Below, piece after piece: positions 11,220-23,600 of a DNA stretch of 64,000 bases (the first letter of the stretch is position 1; each line of letters opens with the position of its first letter). Below the pieces are notes generated by a model. The model was not told the DNA's origin. It searched no databases and saw only the letters and a program-made list of their open reading frames with translations. The stretch is from the human T2T-CHM13v2.0 reference genome, Homo sapiens. The stretch is taken from NCBI RefSeq assembly GCF_009914755.1, contig NC_060943.1. One strand, given 5' to 3'. The translations under genes and the position numbers were made by a program.

Positions 11220-14200
11220 CGATCCTTTACACAGAGCAGACTTGAAACACTCTTTTTGTGGAATTTGCAAGTGGAGATTTCAGCCGCTTTGAGGTCAATG
11301 GTAGAATAGGAAATATCTTCCTATAGAAACTAGACAGAATGATTCTCAGAAACTCCTTTGTGATGTGTGCGTTCAACTCACAGAGTTTAACCTTTCTTTT
11401 CATAGAGCAGTTGGGAAACACTCTGTTTGTAAAGTCTGCAAGTGGATATTCAGACATCCTTGAGGCTTTCGTTGGAAACGGGATTTCTTCATATTCTGCT
11501 AGAAAGAAGAATTCTCACTAACTTCCTTGTGTTGTGTGTATTCAACTCACCGAGTTGAACGATCCTTTACACAGAGCAGACTTGAAACACTCTTTTTGTG
11601 GAATTTGCAAGTGGAGATTTCAGCCGCTTTGAGGTCAATGGTAGAATAGGAAATATCTTCCTATAGAAACTAGACAGAATGATTCTCAGAAACTCCTTTG
11701 TGATGTGTGCGTTCAACTCACACAGTTTAACCTTTCTTTTCATAGAGCAGTTAGGAAACACTCTGTTTGTAAAGTCTGCAAGTGGATATTCAGACCTCCT
11801 TGAGGCCTTCGTTGGAAACGGGATTTCTTCATATTATGCTAGACAGAAGAATTCTCAGGAACTTCCTTGTGTTGTGTGTATTCAACTCACAGAGTTGAAC
11901 GATCCTTTACACAGAGCAGACTTGAAACACTCTTTTTGTGGAATTTGCAAGTGGAGATTTCAGCCGCTTTGAGTTCAATGGTAGAATAGGAAATATCTTC
12001 CTATAGAAAGTACACAGAATGATTCTCAGAAACTGCTTTGTGATGTGTGCGTTCAACTCACAGAGTTCAACCTTTCTTTTCATAGAGCAGTTGGGAAACA
12101 CTCTGTTTGTAAAGTCTGCAAGTGGATATTCAGACATCCTTGAGGCTTTCGTTGGAAACGGGATTTCTTCATATTCTGCCAGAAAGAAGAATTCTCAGTA
12201 ACTTCCTTGTGTTGTGTGTATTCAACTCACAGAGTTGAACGATCCTTTACACAGAGCAGACTTGAAACACTCTTTTTGTGGAATTTGCAAGTGGAGATTT
12301 CAGCCGCTTTGAGGTCAATGGTAGAATAGGAAATATCTTCCTATAGAAACTAGACAGAATGATTCTCAGAAACTCCTTTGTGATGTGTGCGTTCAACTCA
12401 CAGAGTTTAACCATTCTTTTCATAGAGCAGTTAGGAAACACTCTGTTTGTAAAGTCTGCAAGTGGATATTCAGACATCCTTGAGGCTTTCGTTGGAAACG
12501 GGATTTCTTCATATTCTGCTAGAAAGAAGAATTCTCAGTAACTTCCTTGTGTTGTGTGTATTCAACTCACAGAGTTGAACGATCCTTTACACAGAGCAGA
12601 CTTGAAACACTCTTTTTGTGGAATTTGCAAGTGGAGATTTCAGCCGCTTTGAGGTCAATGGTAGAATAGGAAATATCTTCCTATAGAAACTAGACAGAAT
12701 GATTCTCAGAAACTCCTTTGTGATGTGTGCGTTCAACTCACAGAGTTTAACCTTTCTTTTCATAGAGCAGTTGGGAAACACTCTGTTTGTAAAGTCTGCA
12801 AGTGGATATTCAGACATCCTTGAGGCTTTCGTTGGAAACGGGATTTCTTCATATTCTGCTAGAAAGAAGAATTCTCAGTAACTTCCTTGTGTTGTGTGTA
12901 TTCAACTCACAGAGTTGAACGATCCTTTACACAGAGCAGACTTGAAACACTCTTTTTGTGGAATTTGCAAGTGGAGATTTCAGCCGCTTTGAGGTCAATG
13001 GTAGAATAGGAAATATCTTCCTATAGAAACTAGACAGAATGATTCTCAGAAACTCCTTTGTGATGTGTGCGTTCAACTCACAGAGTTTAACCTTTCTTTT
13101 CATAGAGCAGTTGGGAAACACTCTGTTTGTAAAGTCTGCAAGTGGATATTCAGACATCCTTGAGGCTTTCGTTGGAAACGGGATTTCTTCATATTCTGCT
13201 AGAAAGAAGAATTCTCAGTAACTTCCTTGTGTTGTGTGTATTCAACTCACCGAGTTGAACGATCCTTTACACAGAGCAGACTTGAAACACTCTTTTTGTG
13301 GAATTTGCAAGTGGAGATTTCAGCCGCTTTGAGGTCAATGGTAGAATAGGAAATATCTTCCTATAGAAACTAGACAGAATGATTCTCAGAAACTCCTTTG
13401 TGATGTGTGCGTTCAACTCACACAGTTTAACCTTTCTTTTCATAGAGCAGTTAGGAAACACTCTGTTTGTAAAGTCTGCAAGTGGATATTCAGACCTCCT
13501 TGAGGCCTTCGTTGGAAACGGGATTTCTTCATATTATGCTAGACAGAAGAATTCTCAGGAACTTCCTTGTGTTGTGTGTATTCAACTCACAGAGTTGAAC
13601 GATCCTTTACACAGAGCAGACTTGAAACACTCTTTTTGTGGAATTTGCAAGTGGAGATTTCAGCCGCTTTGAGTTCAATGGTAGAATAGGAAATATCTTC
13701 CTATAGAAAGTACACAGAATGATTCTCAGAAACTGCTTTGTGATGTGTGCGTTCAACTCACAGAGTTCAACCTTTCTTTTCATAGAGCAGTTGGGAAACA
13801 CTCTGTTTGTAAAGTCTGCAAGTGGATATTCAGACATCCTTGAGGCTTTCGTTGGAAACGGGATTTCTTCATATTCTGCCAGAAAGAAGAATTCTCAGTA
13901 ACTTCCTTGTGTTGTGTGTATTCAACTCACAGAGTTGAACGATCCTTTACACAGAGCAGACTTGAAACACTCTTTTTGTGGAATTTGCAAGTGGAGATTT
14001 CAGCCGCTTTGAGGTCAATGGTAGAATAGGAAATATCTTCCTATAGAAACTAGACAGAATGATTCTCAGAAACTCCTTTGTGATGTGTGCGTTCAACTCA
14101 CAGAGTTTAACCATTCTTTTCATAGAGCAGTTAGGAAACACTCTGTTTGTAAAGTCTGCAAGTGGATATTCAGACATCCTTGAGGCTTTCGTTGGAAACG

Positions 14201-14619
14201 GGATTTCTTCATATTCTGCTAGAAAGAAGAATTCTCAGTAACTTCCTTGTGTTGTGTGTATTCAACTCACAGAGTTGAACGATCCTTTACACAGAGCAGA
14301 CTTGAAACACTCTTTTTGTGGAATTTGCAAGTGGAGATTTCAGCCGCTTTGAGGTCAATGGTAGAATAGGAAATATCTTCCTATAGAAACTAGACAGAAT
14401 GATTCTCAGAAACTCCTTTGTGATGTGTGCGTTCAACTCACAGAGTTTAACCTTTCTTTTCATAGAGCAGTTGGGAAACACTCTGTTTGTAAAGTCTGCA
14501 AGTGGATATTCAGATATCCTTGAGGCTTTCGTTGGAAACGGGATTTCTTCATATTCTGCTAGAAAGAAGAATTCTCAGTAACTTCCTTGTGTTGTGTGTA
14601 TTCAACTCACAGAGTTGAA
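11220..14619 (+). repeat. Tandem duplication with 1700-bp (5-dimer) period
   Basis: CACCGAG 11551/13251; CTCAGGA 11859/13559; chimeric F/I dimers at ORFs 12019/13719; CCATT dimers at ORFs 12359/14059. Confidence 0.88.
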
Positions 14620-17600
14620 CGATCCTTTACACAGAGCAGACTTGAAACACTCTTTTTGTGGAATTTGCAAGTGGAGATTTCAGCCGCTTTGAGGTCAATG
14701 GTAGAATAGGAAATATCTTCCTATAGAAACTAGACAGAATGATTCTCAGAAACTCCTTTGTGATGTGTGCGTTCAACTCACAGAGTTTAACCTTTCTTTT
14801 CATAGAGCAGTTGGGAAACACTCTGTTTGTAAAGTCTGCAAGTGGATATTCAGACATCCTTGAGGCTTTCGTTGGAAACGGGATTTCTTCATATTCTGCT
14901 AGAAAGAAGAATTCTCAGTAACTTCCTTGTGTTGTGTGTATTCAACTCACAGAGTTGAACGATCCTTTACACAGAGCAGACTTGAAACACTCTTTTTGTG
15001 GAATTTGCAAGTGGAGATTTCAGCCGCTTTGAGGTCAATGGTAGAATAGGAAATATCTTCCTATAGAAACTAGACAGAATGATTCTCAGAAACTCCTTTG
15101 TGATGTGTGCGTTCAACTCACACAGTTTAACCTTTCTTTTCATAGAGCAGTTAGGAAACACTCTGTTTGTAAAGTCTGCAAGTGGATATTCAGACCTCCT
15201 TGAGGCCTTCGTTGGAAACGGGATTTCTTCATATTATGCTAGACAGAAGAATTCTCAGTAACTTCCTTGTGTTGTGTGTATTCAACTCACAGAGTTGAAC
15301 GATCCTTTACACAGAGCAGACTTGAAACACTCCTTTTGTGGAATTTGCAAGTGGAGATTTCAGCCGCTTTGAGGTCAATGGTAGAATAGGAAATATCTTC
15401 CTATAGAAAGTAGACAGAATGATTCTCAGAAACTCCTTTGTGATGTGTGCGTTCAACTCACAGAGTTTAACCTTTCTTTTCATAGAGCAGTTAGGAAACA
15501 CTCTGTTTGTAAAGTCTGCAAGTGGATATTCAGACCTCCTTGAGGCCTTCGTTGGAAACGGGATTTCTTCATATTATGCTAGACAGAAGAATTCTCAGTA
15601 ACTTCCTTGTGTTGTGTGTATTCAACTCACAGAGTTGAACGATCCTTTACACAGAGCAGACTTGAAACACTCTTTTTGTGGAATTTGCAAGTGGAGATTT
15701 CAGCCGCTTTGAGTTCAATGGTAGAATAGGAAATATCTTCCTATAGAAACTAGACAGAATGATTCTCAGAAACTCCTTTGTGATGTGTGCGTTCACCTCA
15801 CAGAGTTCAACCTTTCTTTTCATAGAGCAGTTGGGAAACACTCTGTTTGTAAAGTCTGCAAGTGGATATTCAGACTTCTTTGAGGCCTTCGTTGGAAGCG
15901 GGATTTCTTCATATTCTGCTAGACAGAAGAATTCTCAGTAACTGCCTTGTGTTGTGTGTATTCAACTCACAGAGTTGAACGATCCTTTACACAGAGCAGA
16001 CTTGAAACACTCTTTTTGTGGAATTTGCAAGTGGAGATTTCAGCCGCTTTGAGGTCAATGGTAGAATAGGAAATATCTTCCTATAGAAACTAGACAGAAT
16101 GATTCTCAGAAACTCCTTTGTGATGTGTGCGTTCAACTCACAGAGTTTAACCTTTCTTTTCATAGAGCAGTTAGGAAACACTCTGTTTGTAAAGTCTGCA
16201 AGTGGATATTCAGACCTCCTTGAGGCCTTCGTTGGAAACGGGATTTCTTCATATTATGCTAGACAGAAGAATTCTCAGTAACTTCCTTGTGTTGTGTGTA
16301 TTCAACTCACAGAGTTGAACGATCCTTTACACAGAGCAGACTTGAAACACTCTTTTTGTGGAATTTGCAAGTGGAGATTTCAGCCGCTTTGAGGTCAATG
16401 GTAGAATAGGAAATATCTTCCTATAGAAACTAGACAGAATGATTCTCAGAAACTCCTTTGTGATGTGTGCGTTCAACTCACAGAGTTCAACCTTTCTTTT
16501 CATAGAGCAGTTGGGAAACACTCTGTTTGTAAAGTCTGCAAGTGGATATTCAGACTTCTTTGAGGCCTTCGTTGGAAGCGGGATTTCTTCATATTCTGCT
16601 AGACAGAAGAATTCTCAGTAACTGCCTTGTGTTGTGTTTATTCAACTCACAGAGTTAAACGATCCTTTACACAGAGCAGACTTGAAACACTCTTTTTGTG
16701 GAATTTGCAAGTGGAGATTTCAGCCGCTTTGAGGTCAATGGTAGAATAGGAAATATCTTCCTATAGAAACTAGACAGAATGATTCTCAGAAACTCCTTTG
16801 TGATGCGTGCGTTCAACTCACAGAGTTTAACCTTTCTTTTCATAGAGCAGTTAGGAAACACTCTGTTTGTAAAGTCTGCAAGTGGATATTCAGACATCCT
16901 TGAGGCTTTCGTTGGAAACGGGATTTCTTCATATTCTGCTAGAAAGAAGAATTCTCAGTAACTTCCTTGTGTTGTGTGTATTCAACTCACAGAGTTGAAC
17001 GATCCTTTACACAGAGCAGACTTGAAACACTCTTTTTGTGGAATTTGCAAGTGGAGATTTCAGCCGCTTTGAGGTCAATGGTAGAATAGGAAATATCTTC
17101 CTATAGAAACTAGACAGAATGATTCTCAGAAACTCCTTTGTGATGTGTGCGTTCAACTCACAGAGTTTAACCTTTCTTTTCATAGAGCAGTTGGGAAACA
17201 CTCTGTTTGTAAAGTCTGCAAGTGGATATTCAGACATCCTTGAGGCTTTCGTTGGAAACGGGATTTCTTCATATTCTGCTAGAAAGAAGAATTCTCAGTA
17301 ACTTCCTTGTGTTGTGTGTATTCAACTCACCGAGTTGAACGATCCTTTACACAGAGCAGACTTGAAACACTCTTTTTGTGGAATTTGCAAGTGGAGATTT
17401 CAGCCGCTTTGAGGTCAATGGTAGAATAGGAAATATCTTCCTATAGAAACTAGACAGAATGATTCTCAGAAACTCCTTTGTGATGTGTGCGTTCAACTCA
17501 CACAGTTTAACCTTTCTTTTCATAGAGCAGTTAGGAAACACTCTGTTTGTAAAGTCTGCAAGTGGATATTCAGACCTCCTTGAGGCCTTCGTTGGAAACG

Positions 17601-20600
17601 GGATTTCTTCATATTATGCTAGACAGAAGAATTCTCAGTAACTTCCTTGTGTTGTGTGTATTCAACTCACAGAGTTGAACGATCCTTTACACAGAGCAGA
17701 CTTGAAACACTCCTTTTGTGGAATTTGCAAGTGGAGATTTCAGCCGCTTTGAGGTCAATGGTAGAATAGGAAATATCTTCCTATAGAAAGTAGACAGAAT
17801 GATTCTCAGAAACTCCTTTGTGATGTGTGCGTTCAACTCACAGAGTTTAACCTTTCTTTTCATAGAGCAGTTAGGAAACACTCTGTTTGTAAAGTCTGCA
17901 AGTGGATATTCAGACCTCCTTGAGGCCTTCGTTGGAAACGGGATTTCTTCATATTATGCTAGACAGAAGAATTCTCAGTAACTTCCTTGTGTTGTGTGTA
18001 TTCAACTCACAGAGTTGAACGATCCTTTACACAGAGCAGACTTGAAACACTCTTTTTGTGGAATTTGCAAGTGGAGATTTCAGCCGCTTTGAGTTCAATG
18101 GTAGAATAGGAAATATCTTCCTATAGAAACTAGACAGAATGATTCTCAGAAACTCCTTTGTGATGTGTGCGTTCACCTCACAGAGTTCAACCTTTCTTTT
18201 CATAGAGCAGTTGGGAAACACTCTGTTTGTAAAGTCTGCAAGTGGATATTCAGACTTCTTTGAGGCCTTCGTTAGAAGCGGGATTTCTTCATATTCTGCT
18301 AGACAGAAGAATTCTCAGTAACTGCCTTGTGTTGTGTGTATTCAACTCACAGAGTTGAACGATCCTTTACACAGAGCAGACTTGAAACACTCTTTTTGTG
18401 GAATTTGCAAGTGGAGATTTCAGCCGCTTTGAGGTCAATGGTAGAATAGGAAATATCTTCCTATAGAAACTAGACAGAATGATTCTCAGAAACTCCTTTG
18501 TGATGTGTGCGTTCAACTCACAGAGTTTAACCTTTCTTTTCATAGAGCAGTTGGGAAACACTCTGTTTGTAAAGTCTGCAAGTGGATATTCAGACATCCT
18601 TGAGGCTTTCGTTGGAAACGGGATTTCTTCATATTCTGCTAGAAAGAAGAATTCTCAGTAACTTCCTTGTGTTGTGTGTATTCAACTCACCGAGTTGAAC
18701 GATCCTTTACACAGAGCAGACTTGAAACACTCTTTTTGTGGAATTTGCAAGTGGAGATTTCAGCCGCTTTGAGGTCAATGGTAGAATAGGAAATATCTTC
18801 CTATAGAAACTAGACAGAATGATTCTCAGAAACTCCTTTGTGATGTGTGCGTTCAACTCACACAGTTTAACCTTTCTTTTCATAGAGCAGTTAGGAAACA
18901 CTCTGTTTGTAAAGTCTGCAAGTGGATATTCAGACCTCCTTGAGGCCTTCGTTGGAAACGGGATTTCTTCATATTATGCTAGACAGAAGAATTCTCAGGA
19001 ACTTCCTTGTGTTGTGTGTATTCAACTCACAGAGTTGAACGATCCTTTACACAGAGCAGACTTGAAACACTCTTTTTGTGGAATTTGCAAGTGGAGATTT
19101 CAGCCGCTTTGAGTTCAATGGTAGAATAGGAAATATCTTCCTATAGAAAGTACACAGAATGATTCTCAGAAACTGCTTTGTGATGTGTGCGTTCAACTCA
19201 CAGAGTTCAACCTTTCTTTTCATAGAGCAGTTGGGAAACACTCTGTTTGTAAAGTCTGCAAGTGGATATTCAGACTTCTTTGAGGCCTTCGTTGGAAGCG
19301 GGATTTCTTCATATTCTGCTAGACAGAAGAATTCTCAGTAACTTCCTTGTGTTGTGTGTATTCAACTCACAGAGTTGAACGATCCTTTACACAGAGCAGA
19401 CTTGAAACACTCTTTTTGTGGAATTTGCAAGTGGAGATTTCAGCCGCTTTGAGGTCAATGGTAGAGTAGGAAATATCTTCCTATAGAAACTAGACAGAAT
19501 GATTCTCAGAAACTCCTTTGTGATGTGTGCGTTCAACTCACAGAGTTTAACCTTTCTTTTCATAGAGCAGTTGGGAAACACTCTGTTTGTAAAGTCTGCA
19601 AGTGGATATTCAGACATCCTTGAGGCTTTCGTTGGAAACGGGATTTCTTCATATTCTGCTAGAAAGAAGAATTCTCAGTAACTTCCTTGTGTTGTGTGTA
19701 TTCAACTCACAGAGTTGAACGATCCTTTACACAGAGCAGACTTGAAACACTCTTTTTGTGGAATTTGCAAGTGGAGATTTCAGCCGCTTTGAGTTCAATG
19801 GTAGAATAGGAAATATCTTCCTATAGAAACTAGACAGAATGATTCTCAGAAACTCCTTTGTGATGTGTGCGTTCAACTCACAGAGTTCAACCTTTCTTTT
19901 CATAGAGCAGTTGGGAAACACTCTGTTTGTAAAGTCTGCAAGTGGATATTCAGACTTCTTTGAGGCCTTCGTTGGAAGCGGGATTTCTTCATATTCTGCT
20001 AGACAGAAGAATTCTCAGTAACTGCCTTGTGTTGTGTGTATTCAACTCACAGAGTTGAACGATCCTTTACACAGAGCAGACTTGAAACACTCTTTTTGTG
20101 GAATTTGCAAGTGGAGATTTCAGCCGCTTTGAGGTCAATGGTAGAATAGGAAATATCTTCCTATAGAAACTAGACAGAATGATTCTCAGAAACTCCTTTG
20201 TGATGTGTGCGTTCAACTCACAGAGTTTAACCTTTCTTTTCATAGAGCAGTTAGGAAACACTCTGTTTGTAAAGTCTGCAAGTGGATATTCAGACCTCCT
20301 TGAGGCCTTCGTTGGAAACGGGATTTCTTCATATTATGCTAGACAGAAGAATTCTCAGTAACTTCCTTGTGTTGTGTGTATTCAACTCACAGAGTTGAAC
20401 GATCCTTTACACAGAGCAGACTTGAAACACTCTTTTTGTGGAATTTGCAAGTGGAGATTTCAGCCGCTTTGAGGTCAATGGTAGAATAGGAAATATCTTC
20501 CTATAGAAACTAGACAGAATGATTCTCAGAAACTCCTTTGTGATGTGTGCGTTCAACTCACAGAGTTCAACCTTTCTTTTCATAGAGCAGTTGGGAAACA

Positions 20601-23600
20601 CTCTGTTTGTAAAGTCTGCAAGTGGATATTCAGACATCCTTGAGGCTTTCGTTGGAAACGGGATTTCTTCATATTCTGCTAGAAAGAAGAATTCTCAGTA
20701 ACTTCCTTGTGTTGTGTGTATTCAACTCACAGAGTTGAACGATCCTTTACACAGAGCAGACTTGAAACACTCTTTTTGTGGAATTTGCAAGTGGAGATTT
20801 CAGCCGCTTTGAGGTCAATGGTAGAATAGGAAATATCTTCCTATAGAAACTAGACAGAATGATTCTCAGAAACTCCTTTGTGATGTGTGCGTTCAACTCA
20901 CAGAGTTTAACCTTTCTTTTCATAGAGCAGTTGGGAAACACTCTGTTTGTAAAGTCTGCAAGTGGATATTCAGACATCCTTGAGGCTTTCGTTGGAAACG
21001 GGATTTCTTCATATTCTGCTAGAAAGAAGAATTCTCAGTAACTTCCTTGTGTTGTGTGTATTCAACTCACAGAGTTGAACGATCCTTTACACAGAGCAGA
21101 CTTGAAACACTCTTTTTGTGGAATTTGCAAGTGGAGATTTCAGCCGCTTTGAGGTCAATGGTAGAATAGGAAATATCTTCCTATAGAAACTAGACAGAAT
21201 GATTCTCAGAAACTCCTTTGTGATGTGTGCGTTCAACTCACAGAGTTTAACCTTTCTTTTCATAGAGCAGTTGGGAAACACTCTGTTTGTAAAGTCTGCA
21301 AGTGGATATTCAGACATCCTTGAGGCTTTCGTTGGAAACGGGATTTCTTCATATTCTGCTAGAAAGAAGAATTCTCAGTAACTTCCTTGTGTTGTGTGTA
21401 TTCAACTCACAGAGTTGAACGATCCTTTACACAGAGCAGACTTGAAACACTCTTTTTGTGGAATTTGCAAGTGGAGATTTCAGCCGCTTTGAGGTCAATG
21501 GTAGAATAGGAAATATCTTCCTATAGAAACTAGACAGAATGATTCTCAGAAACTCCTTTGTGATGTGTGCGTTCAACTCACACAGTTTAACCTTTCTTTT
21601 CATAGAGCAGTTAGGAAACACTCTGTTTGTAAAGTCTGCAAGTGGATATTCAGACCTCCTTGAGGCCTTCGTTGGAAACGGGATTTCTTCATATTATGCT
21701 AGACAGAAGAATTCTCAGTAACTTCCTTGTGTTGTGTGTATTCAACTCACAGAGTTGAACGATCCTTTACACAGAGCAGACTTGAAACACTCCTTTTGTG
21801 GAATTTGCAAGTGGAGATTTCAGCCGCTTTGAGGTCAATGGTAGAATAGGAAATATCTTCCTATAGAAAGTAGACAGAATGATTCTCAGAAACTCCTTTG
21901 TGATGTGTGCGTTCAACTCACAGAGTTTAACCTTTCTTTTCATAGAGCAGTTAGGAAACACTCTGTTTGTAAAGTCTGCAAGTGGATATTCAGACCTCCT
22001 TGAGGCCTTCGTTGGAAACGGGATTTCTTCATATTATGCTAGACAGAAGAATTCTCAGTAACTTCCTTGTGTTGTGTGTATTCAACTCACAGAGTTGAAC
22101 GATCCTTTACACAGAGCAGACTTGAAACACTCTTTTTGTGGAATTTGCAAGTGGAGATTTCAGCCGCTTTGAGTTCAATGGTAGAATAGGAAATATCTTC
22201 CTATAGAAACTAGACAGAATGATTCTCAGAAACTCCTTTGTGATGTGTGCGTTCACCTCACAGAGTTCAACCTTTCTTTTCATAGAGCAGTTGGGAAACA
22301 CTCTGTTTGTAAAGTCTGCAAGTGGATATTCAGACTTCTTTGAGGCCTTCGTTGGAAGCGGGATTTCTTCATATTCTGCTAGACAGAAGAATTCTCAGTA
22401 ACTGCCTTGTGTTGTGTGTATTCAACTCACAGAGTTGAACGATCCTTTACACAGAGCAGACTTGAAACACTCTTTTTGTGGAATTTGCAAGTGGAGATTT
22501 CAGCCGCTTTGAGGTCAATGGTAGAATAGGAAATATCTTCCTATAGAAACTAGACAGAATGATTCTCAGAAACTCCTTTGTGATGTGTGCGTTCAACTCA
22601 CAGAGTTTAACCTTTCTTTTCATAGAGCAGTTAGGAAACACTCTGTTTGTAAAGTCTGCAAGTGGATATTCAGACCTCCTTGAGGCCTTCGTTGGAAACG
22701 GGATTTCTTCATATTATGCTAGACAGAAGAATTCTCAGTAACTTCCTTGTGTTGTGTGTATTCAACTCACAGAGTTGAACGATCCTTTACACAGAGCAGA
22801 CTTGAAACACTCTTTTTGTGGAATTTGCAAGTGGAGATTTCAGCCGCTTTGAGGTCAATGGTAGAATAGGAAATATCTTCCTATAGAAACTAGACAGAAT
22901 GATTCTCAGAAACTCCTTTGTGATGTGTGCGTTCAACTCACAGAGTTCAACCTTTCTTTTCATAGAGCAGTTGGGAAACACTCTGTTTGTAAAGTCTGCA
23001 AGTGGATATTCAGACTTCTTTGAGGCCTTCGTTGGAAGCGGGATTTCTTCATATTCTGCTAGACAGAAGAATTCTCAGTAACTGCCTTGTGTTGTGTTTA
23101 TTCAACTCACAGAGTTAAACGATCCTTTACACAGAGCAGACTTGAAACACTCTTTTTGTGGAATTTGCAAGTGGAGATTTCAGCCGCTTTGAGGTCAATG
23201 GTAGAATAGGAAATATCTTCCTATAGAAACTAGACAGAATGATTCTCAGAAACTCCTTTGTGATGCGTGCGTTCAACTCACAGAGTTTAACCTTTCTTTT
23301 CATAGAGCAGTTAGGAAACACTCTGTTTGTAAAGTCTGCAAGTGGATATTCAGACATCCTTGAGGCTTTCGTTGGAAACGGGATTTCTTCATATTCTGCT
23401 AGAAAGAAGAATTCTCAGTAACTTCCTTGTGTTGTGTGTATTCAACTCACAGAGTTGAACGATCCTTTACACAGAGCAGACTTGAAACACTCTTTTTGTG
23501 GAATTTGCAAGTGGAGATTTCAGCCGCTTTGAGGTCAATGGTAGAATAGGAAATATCTTCCTATAGAAACTAGGCAGAATGATTCTCAGAAACTCCTTTG

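Noticed and set aside
18267-18283. Variant CENP-B boxes CTTCGTTAGAAGCGGGA (18267), CTTCGTTGGAAACGGGT (27787) and ATTCGTTGGAAACGGGA (248) as inactive sites
   Set aside because: The changes lie outside the 9-bp core NTTCGNNNNANNCGGGN, so they were not counted as broken.
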